The notes beneath the pieces were generated by a model. The model did no database searches. It saw only the letters and a list, made by a program, of their open reading frames with translations, and was not told the DNA's origin. This document shows, piece after piece, positions 13,048 to 26,341 of a stretch of DNA of 64,000 nucleotides. Source of the stretch: Camelus dromedarius (Eukaryota); assembly GCF_036321535.1 (NCBI RefSeq), contig NC_087437.1, positions 111,478,001-111,542,000 of the forward strand, given 5' to 3'. The stretch's first letter is position 1, and every line of letters begins with the position of its first letter. The position numbers and the translations under genes are program-made.

Positions 13048-13567
13048 TGCCACCAAGTCCACATTTGTTCTGCTCTCTGCGTGAGAGGTTAATAAATAGG
13101 GAGATGCAGTGCTGGAGCAAGGAATCACGACTTTATTTGAAAAGCTAGCAGACTGAGAAGATGGGGGACTAATGTCCTAGAGAACCATCTTCCCCAAGTC
13201 AGAATTCAGGCTCCTTTTATACTAAAAAGGGGCAGGGCTGTGGCTGGCTGTTGCACACGTCTTGGGGTCAGGATCACTTGCTCTTGCAGCCGTCCACCTA
13301 GGTCAGGTCAGGACGTTCCTGTAACTCTCCAATAAGACAAATGTTATTTTTCATTCTGCAACTTTTTGTCTTTATATGAATGAGAAAGTATTAGTCCCTT
13401 AAAGGTCACAGCCTTGAGAATAAACTAGCCTGTATATTTCAGGCTATAGGCAACATTCTTTTACAAAAAGTGCAGAACCAGCATGACTAAGCACAGGAGA
13501 CAGAGCACAGGGTTAGAGCTAAAGGAACAGGTCTAACACGGAGTCAGACTTGTTCTTCCCTATAGCA
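13048..13567 (-). mobile_element. ERV1-like solo LTR
   Basis: TG...CA termini with a perfect 4-bp TSD GTAC (13044-13047 and 13568-13571); minus-strand TATAAAA at 13215-13221 and AATAAA at 13132-13137. Confidence 0.8.
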
Positions 13568-13714
13568 GTACTATGGAAACAAAAGAAGCTCTAACAAAAG
13601 AAAGAAGAATCTTCGATGTTAGAGTTGGGTCTTAGTTGTTGGAAATCATGTGAAACTCACTGGCCCATATACACAGGGGAACATTCACAAACATCAGTGT
13701 TGTCGTGCTGGGAG

Positions 13715-13860
13715 GGTCTGGTCTGTTTCCTGAATTGACCAGTTATGTGACCCTGGGCCAAATCAAGGGATATAGCCAGCCTCAGTTTCTCCATCTGTAA
13801 GATGGGCAGAATAGTGGCCCATGACATTGTTGTCAGAATTAAATAAGACTCAGTACACAA
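13715..13860 (+). mobile_element. MIR
   Basis: tgtgaccctgggccaa...gcctcagtttctccatctgtaagatggg...ttgtcagaattaaataaga. Confidence 0.75.
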
Positions 13861-15296
13861 TAAAAGTTGGCCCTCTGATCATATCTCTACATATGCATCT
13901 TTGTACACACACGAACTGCCACAAGCATCCGTGTCCAAAACGTTTAAGTCAATTTTATTGCTATTTTTGAGCATTGGTTGATTTGTCTTTTGTTTTCTTT
14001 TTTAATTACTCACTCAAGAAAATTTGCCCAGAGCTCACTCCTCAGTGAACTATTACAGCAGTCCATTTACCCACTCCCTCCTTAGATTCATTTATTTGTG
14101 AGTTATGTTCTTAGCAGCCACTACAATCCCCATAACACAGGAAGGCTTGTTCATGGCTCACTTCTGGAAGACTTGACAGATGCTGGTTAAATATTTAGAT
14201 ATTTCTCTTTAAAGAAAGGAGCTCAAAATGAGGCCTCTTGAGTTGCTGAAATGTGGTCTTACCCCCAAAGTCACATTTGAATGTCAAGGTTGTATTTGGT
14301 TTTCAGTGTTTTTAGAAAGGCCATAGTGATTTTATATTTATAGTTTTTCAGAGTCACTAGAGAGCATACTTACCCGTTCATAACTCTCGTACACAATTTC
14401 ACAGCTCTGACTGTTCACTGTTAGATTCAAGTAAAGTCGTTTGGTGAGCTTATTATGAAAGTAGAGCTTCAGATTCTTCACCAACCAAAGAAAACACAAT
14501 TAAAATCCAAGCAAACTTCCAGTGGAGAACTGCTTTATCTGAATAAGCAAAATGTCTAATCAACAATCAGAAACATTCAAGAAGGTAAGTGGCCAACTTT
14601 CATAGATGTGACGCCAAAGTGGCAGCTTGAAAATGGTCACTCACTAACACGTCTCCATCAGTGAAGATGGGGTGCTAAGATGATACATTACATCCTGAGT
14701 GTTTCCCTTTTTGAGAAGGAAAAGACAGAGAGACTTTGAATATCTAGAGAGACTCACAGCTAACTTCCCCAGTCTTGTCACTTGTCTGCTAAGACCTGAC
14801 AGTCTGAAGCAAGGATGTGAGAAACTGAGCATCAGAGAAGGACTAGGGGTTCTCAGGCTGGGTCTCTGACATCCCTTCCACCCCTGAGATACCTAAGAGG
14901 ACACATGTCAACCCTGAAGAGCTCAGAGACATCACAGGGAAAATTTTTATTATCAAGAGCACCATTTTGAATGACTGCCTTATTATGCCCATGTCTCACT
15001 GAAGGCTCAAAGCAACTTTGCTCTGTTGATCTCTTAACAATTGATTCCTTACTAAAAATAACTCTTCACAGCAGCAAGGAATAGCCTGAGACTGACTGGT
15101 TTCCCACCAGGAGCCGCTTCAAGAGGAAGGATGATAAAAGCTTCCACAGGCTGCCACTTCTCAAATCTACCTGAATATGGTTTTAGAAGTTGACAAGCAG
15201 TGCCAGCTTCTTCATTCTCATTCTTTTATTGAACAGAATGGATAATCTTAGGTATAAAAACAAACTTTTTCCGCAGGATTTAATATAACCATTTCA

Positions 15297-15530
15297 TTAA
15301 AAAAAATTTATTGAAGTATATATAGTTGATGCACAATGTTGTATTAGTTTCTGGTGTATGGCAAAGTAACTCAGTTATACATATTATTTTTCATATTCTT
15401 TTCCATTATGGTTTATTACAGAATGTGAGCTCTTTGAGAGTAGAGACTGTATTTTGTATACCATTGTATCCATAGTACTTAGCATGTGCCTGGTATCCAG
15501 ACGACATATATAGTAATTGTTTCCTGAATA
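15297..15530. mobile_element. Minus-strand L1 3' end abutting an L2 3' end
   Basis: ttattgaagtata...aatgttgtattagtttctggtgta (L1); gaatgtgagctctttgagagtagagactgt...gtacttagcatgtgcctgg (L2). Confidence 0.65.
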
Positions 15531-16514
15531 ACTAAATTCTGCCAACTTCAAGAGAGAGCACTTTATAAACAGTTAGGGATTGTCTGGATATAATGTACAA
15601 CTATCATTATGATTATCATCATGCAGGAATGTGATATAAATAGAACACACCATTCATTACACAAAAGTTTAGTAAGCATCTATTATGTGCCAGGCACTCA
15701 CCCAGACACTGAGAAATGCAGCCCTGAACAGACAGACGCTCTCCCTATTCTCCTCCATGATTGCTAACAGTTTCTTGGCCAAAACTCTGAACCAAAGCCT
15801 TGGAAGAAGATCTGCACTGGTCCAGTCTGCTCTGCTGTCTGCAGACCCAGGTAAGGTTTGAACGTCAACCACACCTGATACAGAGCTGAAAGGCAGCAGA
15901 CACCACACCCAACCTTCCAGTTCGATGCCTAAGGTCAATGACTTCCATTCTCAGTCCACATTTTGCACCTCTCTGGCTTCCGCCTGGACTTCCATTGGTA
16001 CATCTGGTAGACTTTATGCTCCTTTTCCAGGTTACAGAGGATTCAGCCATTTCATTTTGATTGGGGAGAAAGTGTCATAGGACATAAACATATTTCTTCA
16101 CCTGAATTAGAACTCTGCTTAAAAAAAAAATGTTTCTCACCACTGCAGCACAGGAAACTGTCTCCATCTGCTCTTCATTTGTGAAAGTTATTCAGTGAGC
16201 AAAAAGCCTGCCTCAAACTATAACTTCTTGTCTTCTTGAAAAGAGACCATATTCAGCTGGTCCATGATTACTCATTTTATTCAGCAAGTATTATTGATCA
16301 CCCACTCTGTGACAGGCCCTGTGCTGGGCTTACAGAAAGGAATGTCACCATCCCTGCCCTCAAGTGATAGGTGGGATGGACAGCAAAGATTCAAGGTGAG
16401 GAAAGAGTTCTACCTGGAAATACTTTAAAAGAATTCTTCCAATAAAGGTGTGAGCTGGGTCCTAACAAATGAGTGAGCTCTCTCGTTTGTTCTTCCATCT
16501 CCCCAGGACAGTAG

Positions 16515-18150
16515 GGTTTTGGTGGAACAAAACAGCAAACCTAGAAACAGACCCACACAAATATGACCAATGGATGCTTCTCAAAGGTGTAGAAATGATC
16601 CAATGGAAGAAGGATGACCTTTTCAACAAATGGTGCTGAAGCAATGGGACATCCATAGGGGAAAAGAAAAGAAATACAGCATAAACTCCACACCTTCTAC
16701 ACAAAATACTCAAATAGATCATAAACCTAAGTAAAAAACATAAATGCTTAATCTTTTCAGAAGAAAACAGAAAATCTTTATGCTCTGGGAGAGGCAAAGG
16801 ACAGATGGGACATTAAGGAAGATAAGATTGTTTAATTGGACTTCATCACAATTAAAAACCTTTTCTCTGTGAAAACACTGTGAAGAGAATAAAAAGATAA
16901 GCTACCTATTCGAAAATCACATATCTGACAAAACGGACTTGTATCTAGAATGTATCAAGAACTCCCAAAACTCAGCAGTAAGAAAACAAACAACCTTATT
17001 TAAAAAAAATCAAAAAGCTTAAACAGACACACTTCACTAAAAAGTAAATAGGTGACAAACAAGCATATGAACAGGTGTTCACCATTAGTCCCTAGGCAAA
17101 TGCAAATTAAATTGCCCATGAGGTACCACTGCATCTAAATGGCGAAGTTGCCGCAGGCTCTTCCAAATAGCTAAACTGAAAAGCTGACAATAGCAAGTGT
17201 TGATGAAGGTGCAGAGAAACCAGAACACCTAAACTTTTCTTATAAAAGTAAATATAAACTTACCATATGAATGACCCAGCCATCCCACTCTTAAGTATTT
17301 ACCCACAAGAAACATCAGCATGTGTCCACTCAAAGATTTGTAAGCAAATGTTCTTTTGAAGTTTTATTCATAGTAGTCAAAAAATTGGAAACAACCCAAA
17401 TGCCCATCACCAGGTGATTGGACAAACAAATTGCAGGATATCCCTGCAGGGGGACCACCACCAGCAATAAAAAGGAACACACTCCTGATTCCCAGAACAA
17501 CGTGGATGATCTCAAAAAGCATCACGCTAAGTGAAAAAAGTCAGACACTGAAGACTACGAATTGTCTGCTTCCCTGCATATAAAACTCTAGAAAAGAGAA
17601 ACCTGTGTGACAAAAGAGAAAAGAACGGCTGCCAGGGGTCAGGGGTGAGAAGAAGATTGACTGCCAAAGGGAACAAGGGGATTTTTTAGGGTGATGGAAA
17701 TGTTCTGTATCATCATGGTATGGTGGTCACATGACTGTATTCATTTGTCAAAACTCATTAAATTGTACACTATTTTCCACTAATGTTATTATATGTAAAT
17801 TATACCTCAATAAAGCTGATTTTTTTTAAATCAACGGAAGATAACAATCTACACATGAAGCCAAGAAATTTTGGAAAAGGCTCAACCATGGAAGGATTTG
17901 CTCTAGGAAATGGCTAAACATACCATAAGGTTATCATAACTTTCCAAGTGTGCTATGGGCACAGCAACAGACAAATAGATCAACTGACATAAAGCAGAGT
18001 CCAAAACCAGATCGACATACATACCCAGTAAATAATTTAGTCGGCAATTGAAATTAGTGGCGAAGGAACTCCGCTATTGAATAAATCGAGTTGAAATCTG
18101 GATTCCATTCAGAAAAAGAATCACATTAGCTCCGTAATTCACACCGTTCT
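16515..18150 (+). mobile_element. Old L1M ORF2 C-terminal and 3'UTR remnants
   Basis: ctagaaacagacccacacaaatatg, ttttcaacaaatggtgctg, aaatgcaaattaaa, ggaaacaacccaaatgcccatca, gtaaattatacctcaataaagctg; a further ORF2-like fragment at about 17930-18150. Confidence 0.75.
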
Positions 18151-20117
18151 TAAAGAGTAAAATCTTAGCTGGTTAACCGATCGTTGACCTCACAGTGAAG
18201 GCTCATTCCACTGATTTCGTTACCCTGCGACATGCTTAGAGAACCACTTAGCACATTGTGGCGGAGTACTACTGTAGATGAATTCGACCAAACACCCAAA
18301 CTGATTGTAGTCACTTCTGCCTTCTAACGGGAGGTGGCATCTTTCATCACAATGGGAAAGGAAATACCTAAATTGTTCCCTTCCACCTACACAGACAAAG
18401 GAGAGAGAAACGGCCAAGTTCCTGTGGGCTCTTCTGAGATGCTAAACGGAGAAATGCGAAGTGGATGGCAGCAGAGGCACTCAGTGGTCCTCGGACGTCC
18501 AGAGGAGGGGTGAACAGCTAGACCAGGGGAATTGTGCAGGAGAAGTCCCTTCTAGGCGCAGAAGATCCTGCAACACAAGACGGGGCCACAGCTTGGGGCA
18601 GAGGAGCCCGGGGAGGAATTCCTGGTGGCCGTCAAGCCAAAGGCCTTCCAAAGACAAGGAGGGCTCCCGGCTGATCTTCAGTGTTGAAGCTGCTGGTGTC
18701 CTGCAGTGTGGACCCCCTCTCTGTCAGATCAGACTTCTCACCCCTGAGTGTCTTGGGGAGAGAGCAGTGTGAAGGAGAAGCTATTCTTCCTTATTCTTCT
18801 ATTTCCTTTCCTGTTGGAGAATATTTATTGGCATAACACTCAGGGTTTCTCTGGAAAGACCCTCAGTGACTCTTCTACCATTTGTTGGAAAGAGTCACCA
18901 GGCAGCATCACTCAGTCCCCGGCTCCCTCCCTGGCTCATCACACAGCACTTGGTCTGTTCCTTCTTACTGTCATTTCTGCAGGCCTGTGTCTGACTCCAT
19001 GTGCTTCTGTTGGGAGTGTGACTATGCCCCTGTGGCTCATCCTCCTGCCCCTTTTTTCTGATCATCAGTTACTGCAGGATTCAGGCAAGAAGGAGAGGGT
19101 GAGGTAGGAGCTCCCAAAACCCAACCAGGGTGTCTGCGTAAAGTAAAATCCCCTAGTCATTCAAGCAAGCAGTCAGTCAAGGGCAGGCTCCTTGTGGGAA
19201 CACTCCAGAACACGGCGTTGAGAAAATCTTCCTTCTGTTTGTATGACCTTTGTCCTAACTCCTTCACTTTGTCACCAGGGTCCTGGCTGACCCTTTCCAG
19301 AGCCTTTTCTGTGACCAGCCTTCAGAATTTCCAGGGCACATATTGGGCTGTGCAGAGATGCCAGCAGCTTTGGCCACAGTTGGAGCCAGGCAGACGGGGA
19401 GTTGACTGAGAGAAACGAGCAGAAAGCATCTTTCTCTGAGGTTCCCCCCAAAACATGTGCTACTCGGATTCCAAAGGGCAGAAGGTTCTTTGTTTGGGGT
19501 TTTTTTGTTTGTTTGGGGAGGTTTTTTTTTCCCCCTTGGCCAGAAGAAAAAGAGATGAGTTGCTTTTGACTAAAAAAAAAGTCAGTCTTGGAGGATGATT
19601 GGCTGCAGCCCAAGCAAAGACTATGGGAAACACTCCATTCTAAGCAAGCACAAAACCTTTCCCAGTGACTCGAGCCAACACCAATTACTTGCCCTTCCCT
19701 TTGGCGCTCTGCCTTTAGCCAATGCCAGATTTGGAGTCATTGACTCCTTGGGTTATTGAGCCCACTCACCTCTATCCACCCTCCCCATTTTACACATGAG
19801 AAACAGACTTGAAAGGCAGCATCTCTTACCCACTTGCTGAGCAGAGGCACAACCCAGACCAGAACCCGAAACTCCTGAGTCCCAAGTCCCTGTCCTTCCC
19901 AGGGCTGGAGATTTGTTTCACGGCCCTGGGCACCATCTCCCCTGGAGAAGGGTAAGTCCCTGGATGACAGAGGCATGGTGTTTTGCAGGGAGAAGGGGAG
20001 AGGACCCACATTTGAAAAGCATCTCCTATGTTCCCAGCCCTGATCTCGGGTTGTTACTAGAGCAGACACTGTGGGCATGTCTTCCCAGCCCCCAACAACC
20101 CTCTTTGTTGGAGGGTA

Positions 20118-20488
20118 ATTTTATGGGCTGAACTGTGTACCACAAAAAGTTCATACTTGAAGTTCTGAACCCCAGCACCTCAAAATATGACCATATTTGG
20201 ATAAAGGATCTTCAAAGAGGTGATTAAGTTAAAATAAGTCCATTAGGATGGGCCCTAAACCAATAGGACTGGTGTCCTCATGAGAAGAGGAGATGAGGAC
20301 ACGGACCCACACAGAGCGAAGACCAGATGAGGACCTTATGCAGGCCAAGGAGACAGGCCGCAGAAGAAACCACGCCCGTCGGCGCCTTGATCTCAGATTT
20401 CCAGAGTCCAGAACTGGGAAGAAATAAATGCCTGCTGTTTAAGCCCCCAGTCTGTGGCACGTTATGGCGGACCTCATCAACAGATACA
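20118..20488 (+). mobile_element. MaLR MLT1A-type LTR
   Basis: tatgggctgaactgtgt...gaggtgattaagttaaaat...ccagaactgggaagaaataaatgcctgctgtttaagccccc...gataca. Confidence 0.85.
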
Positions 20489-23400
20489 GGCATCCATTCC
20501 CATCCTCCCCGAGCTTCTACACTGGGGCCCTGCCCCTCAGGCAGAGCTGATTCAGCTAATTCACTCAGACTCCTCATGACAAGGGGCAGAGCTAAGAGAG
20601 GCATGGGACAGGGGGCAGCACTGGAGCAGAAGAGACTTTGTGGGGAGGACATTCCCCATGCTGAGACCCAGAACAGCCCCGCTCCCAGCCCTCCCTGTGG
20701 CCCCTGTGCTTAACTTTTCAGTGAATTCCAGGAGAGACCCCAACTCCCTTCTAACACACAGCTCCCTTTCTTGGTTAAATTTGTCTTAAGTTAATTTTGT
20801 TCCTTGCAACTCAAAGAACTCTAACTCTGACATTCACATGTGTTACCTCGTGCAGTTTAATATCTCCCCTAGCTGATTTCTCCCCATCTTACAGACAGGG
20901 GAACTGAGATTCAAAGCCACGGTCGCAGATGCTGGAACTAGGATTCAGATTCATGCTCCTCCCATTCTCCACATTGTCCTTGAGTGTCATTGACCTTGCC
21001 ATCTCTTCTGTCCCCCGACAGTACTCAGCTAGGGGTCAGGCATATCGTATCGTAGGTGCTCAATAAAAGCTTGTTAAGTCGAATTGAACACATGGACTTA
21101 GGTTCCACTTATCGACCAGAACACAGACAAATACATAACAAGTTCAAACAATTGGAGCCAAAGGGAAATAAAATCAGTGTCAGAAATTCATTCATCTTTT
21201 TACTCTTCTTCTTCATTCAGACCTAATGGGGTCAGAGATTGCACCCCAGGCTCTCAGGGGAGCTCTTTGGTTCACTCAGTAACAAGAAGACAGTTTTGGC
21301 CCCATTGACTTCACAAGTCCTCTTTAACTCTTCCCATATGTGTGATGTTTTTTTAACCTATGGATGGCGGCAGCTACCTCCCCAGCAGAACTTCATCTCC
21401 TCCAGAAAGAAAGGTCTGAGCCCTGAGTCTCTCCTACTTACTTCCTCCCCCTCTCCCATTTGTCTTGTAGCAAAAGGATATAAACCACTCTTTGTTCAAG
21501 ACAGTAAACTTGCTTTAGGAAGCTATAGGACTCAAGGAGCTAGGGGAAAAAAAAAAAAGATGAAGAAAGGCCTTGGCTGGCAAAGGGTTTCTGGGTAGTT
21601 TTTTTCTTCTTTATAAAAATAAAATTACTTTTTCCCTCTGGCTTTGGAAAGCCCCCAAAATAAATCTGAGATCACTTGCCTCGTTGTCATTAAACTTCCC
21701 AGGCTGAGCAGGACTCCGGGGTTTGCTGGCAGACAGAGTGAGGGTTGGTAGGGCCTCGCCATCTTGTATTTCAACACGGAAGCCTGAAGTTTGGACTGGG
21801 GGGACCCTGGCCTCTTACCGCAGCCTCACAGAGCGCTGGGGGAGCAGTTCTCTGGCATTTCACAGGCCTGAGGAGAGAGGCAGCGTACAGAGCCCTGCAG
21901 GTCCCCTGCTCCATCACCTCATCTCCCGCACCTGGAAACCGGGCTGCACATGAGGAAAGACACACCGTATACGCAATAAAAATGCTGAGCAGGCGCTCAT
22001 TGACCACGTTTGTGTTTCTCTCACACATCAGCCATAACTGACTGTTTAGAGAAGAAAAAGAATGTCTTGTGGACATTTAGAGGCGAAGGTGGGGGGAAAA
22101 ACACACCAACTGGCTGGTGAGAACTTAAATATTTATGGGGCATTTTCAGGCAAGCCCCTCAACCATTCTGTGAGGTGTCATTTAAGCCTTTCATCCACCC
22201 CATTTCACAGGGATGAACACTGAGGCTCAGAAAATGGCTGCTTCCTGACAGAAGGGAGCAGGGCAGAAACAAAAGCCCCATCCACTCACTTCAGACTTGA
22301 CACTCTTTCCCTGGCATTAGGCCCAGCCTGTGAGCCAACCGACAGCATGGAGCCCACCAGCCAGCCCCCCACACTGAACCTAACTGAGCCTTGATTCCTG
22401 CCCCAATTTTTTTTCCCCCAAATGAAAATCTATACTGGATTTTTTTCTAATTATAAAATGCACACTGGTTAAAAAAAATCTTTTTAACAACGCAGTTGGT
22501 GTTCTGTACCAGCCAAGCCTCCCTCTCCCGTAGCAGACCCCCGAAGGTGGCCAGTTATCTTCGTAGAGACACGTGTGTGACCAGCATGTTGACCATCTCC
22601 CACATTGACCGGCTAGGATTCCGAACAGGTCCCCCTGCTCTGAGCATCTAGACTGTGGGGACCCTGAGCCCGAAGCCCTGCCCACCTGCTGCAGGACCCC
22701 AGTCTCCCCCATCCCCTGGGGACTCCTGGGAGCTCCCCACAGAGCTCACATGCAGGCCACTCCCCAAGGCCCGGGCAGCCACCTGCCTTGCCTCTCCAGT
22801 ACTCGCTCCCCTGGCTGAGCCCCAGAGGAACCCTCAGAGCTTCCGGAAGTAGCCTCCCTGCCCGTAGATTGATGGGACGGATGTGAAATCTAATTTCTCT
22901 CTAACCACCCAGAGTCCTTGGTGCGGCTGCTCCAGTTACAACCCTTGGACAGCCTGCCTCCCTCTTTCTCAGTGGAGAAAACCCATAGAATTGTGAGTCC
23001 TGGGGGTGGCGAAGAAGGGGAAGGCGAAGTTTTCAGCAAATTTCCTCCAAGGCTGTCTCTGAAGAGGCAGCAAAGTATCAGTGAGTCTTTCTCTCACCTG
23101 CTTGAAAACAGCCTTGTGGAAACAATGTTCCAGGATCATTTTTGTGGCTCTGAGATGTACCAGTTCCACTCCTAGGGTCTCAGTCTCTCCAGCTGTCATC
23201 CAGCTGTAGGATTATCTCTTTGGGCTTAATTCAGGCTACAAGTTTCCATTCCTGTTCTCTCTTTCTAACCCCCCCCCTTTCCTCCCACACCCCTCTCTTC
23301 AAGTTGTCTAACCCCCAATCCTTACATCACTATCACTTCTTTTAAGAAATGATTCTCCTTAAGCACCTCATGCCGGGGTCTGGGAAGCTTGAAACAGAGA

Positions 23401-25645
23401 CATAACCTTGAACCTCTCAGCCCCCAAATGGAGCTTCTGCACATCTCTTGAACATAACATTTAAGAGAATAAACCCATATACCATCTGTCTCTACTTTTA
23501 TCATTTGACAGCAATTGAAAAAATGAAGTCATCAAACAAAAATAGAAACTGGAGATCTGAAGGCAACCCCAAAAGTTAGCTATTTACTCCAAACAAATGT
23601 CTTTCTCCAGACTCTATTTCCTGAAGGCGGGAGACTGTGTCTATGTGGACAAGGAATTAATGACATGGAAGCATTCAGGTTTTCGCCATTTATGGTCTAT
23701 CATAGAATGCTGCCTCTTATGTTTATCTGTACTTTAGGCCTTTCTTTATAAATAGCAAATAAAATAAAAATCCGTTTTACTAATAGGGCTTCCCTTCTTC
23801 CATATTGTCGTCAGTAGAGTTTAAAAGAATTGAGGAAATGTGCTGGTGTGTTTAATTGGTCCGCTTTATAGATCATACTTAAAACAGCCAGGAGAACTTC
23901 AAATACTTGCAACAGAGAGATTTACAGCAAACTAAAGGAAGGTCTTTTAAAAACCTACCACTTGTCCATCACTGCTCTAGTAAAATGTGGGGACTCCTGT
24001 CCGTCGGCCCCAGCATAGAGCCAAAAATAGCCTTCACTTTCTCCTTTACTTAAGTTGTCCTCCCCTTCTAACCCGAGACCTCTTCCCATGAGGATGGGAA
24101 TAAGTTATTTTCTTTAGGGACCTGCGAATTACTGTGCAGTTACCTACAGGCTGCATCATTGGCAGGCAGGTGGTGCCAAGACCTCCCATAGGTGGGTGGG
24201 AGGTCCTCAGCCTCCCTTCGCCACGTCCTCCACTCCTCACTCATTCATTCGGTGAGTACACAAGGAGTTATCTCCCACGAGCCTGCACCTCCCAAGACTG
24301 GAGGAGGAGAGAGGCAAAGCGGCCCCTGGGGCCTCCCCAGCACGAGGGGACTACAGTATCTCACAGGACACCCTGTGAATGGTGCCCCAACGGCAGGGCT
24401 GGTCACCCTGAGGACAAGGGTCAGAGGGAAGGAAGCCTCTAAACCCCTTCATATTTGGTGAATAGAATTGCCCCCTTTGCCTTTCCATCTTACGGATGAG
24501 TGACAGGTACGTGGGAGGCATGCAGTTTCCAGCTGTAGGCTTGTCCCTTTGGGGTTAATTCAGGCTGCAAATTTCCATTCATGCACCCTACTTGCCCCCT
24601 GGGGGCTCTCACCCAACTGGAGCTGGAATTCCCAGGATTCTTTTTAAAAATATTTTCCCCAGACTTCCCTTCTAACAGCCGTTGTTATCTCTGACAGCAG
24701 GCTGGGCTCTGTCTCTGTCGGGCTGGACAGGATCAGGCCCGAATCACTCTCCAGCTTCAGAGCAGCCCCCTGACTGATGGGAGCAGGAGGGAGGGTGAGG
24801 GGGGCAGAGGAGCGAACTCCCCGCCCCCTCAGGATCACACAGCGAGGGATCCGCCTCTGCAAGCCCTGCTCCCTCTGCCTTTGGTTTGCAGCAACCCTGG
24901 AGGTGACCAGCCTGTCTGATCAGCCTGAAACACTCCTAGCCGCTTCCCCCAGGAAGTGCCCATTCACACACCACAACTTCCAAATTGGCTCATAAAAGTC
25001 ATAAAAATCATAAAAATCAGTTTTCCTGGAGGATGTCAAAAATTGGAAACAGTTTTAGTTGACTTAAAATTTTAAAATAGCATTTTGAAAAGAAGAGAAT
25101 AAATCACTATAAAGTAAACTGCTTTATAACTTTCAGTGATTCTTCACTCCTTGACCCTGTCTGATCCTCACAGGAGTCCAGTTCAAGGGGCAGGTTCATT
25201 CATTATCTCTAATTTTTATAATGTTACACGTAAGAAAACTACGACCTGGAGAGGTTAGGTGACACGATCAAGGTGATGTGTCTGGGTGGGAACCAGAACC
25301 CATGTCCCCTCTTTTGTTCTTGTTGTGTGTTTATTCCACAAGTGAATCATAAACAGAGCCCAGAGCTAACAGAGCTCAGATCTCAGACCGACCACTGTGT
25401 CATGCACTCCAGATTCATCCACTACATGTGCACAAAGATTCCACTAGAAGATGTTTGGGCCCACGTTGTTTATAATACAAAAAGTCTGGAAGCAACCTCA
25501 TACCTAATGTCAGGAGTTTGGTTAAATGAACTATTCAATACTGTGAACTCTAATACAGTCATTAAAACAAGGTTGTAAAAGTATATCTATTAACATGGAA
25601 AACTTCACAATATAATAATAATAATTATTATTATTATTATAGGCA

Positions 25646-25810
25646 GGGGAGGGTACAGCTCAAGTGATAGAGCACATGCTTAGCAGGCACGAGGTCCTGG
25701 GTTCACTCCCCGGTACCTCCATTAAAAATAAATAAACCTAGTTACCTATTCCCCTGCCAAAAGATATATATAAAATAATAAATAAATATAAATAAATAAA
25801 ATATTTTAAA
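25646..25810 (+). mobile_element. tRNA-derived SINE (vic-1-like), within an old L1 remnant (~25410-25980)
   Basis: ggggagggtacagctcaagtgatagagcacatgcttagc...gtcctgggttcactcccc, followed by an A-rich tail. Confidence 0.85.
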
Positions 25811-25989
25811 AATAATAATTATAGCTATCATTTTCATAATTATATGTATAAATAAAATGCATAGGAAATAGTGTCGAGGGATATATACTGAATTATTAAT
25901 AGTGTTTAGATTACTGATGGTTTTATTGTCATTTCAGTTACTGATATTTTCTAATTTTTCTACAATAAAAGTACATTTCTTGACTGCCT

Positions 25990-26341
25990 TTCAATGAACT
26001 GAATGTTTGTATCCCCCTCAAAATTCACATTGATATCTTGACTCCCAGTGTGATGGTGTTAGGAGGTGAGGTCTGTTTGATCATAAGGGTGGAGCCCTGA
26101 AAAGTGAGATTAGTGCCCTTATAACAGAGACCTCAGAGAGCTCTCTCACCCTCTCTCCACCACATGAGGAAACGACCAGAAAACAGCCGCCTGCAGCCTG
26201 GAAGAGGAGCCTCACCAGAACCCGGTCCTGGGGCCACCCTGACCGTGGACTTCCCGCCCCAGGAGCGGTGAGAGATGAATGTCTGTTGTTTACAAGCCAC
26301 TCGGCCTCTGGTATTTTGTTATAACCACCCGAGCTAAGACA
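25990..26341 (+). mobile_element. MaLR MLT1A/MST-type LTR
   Basis: tgaactgaatgtttgtatccccctcaaaattca...gtttacaagccac...gagctaagaca. Confidence 0.8.
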
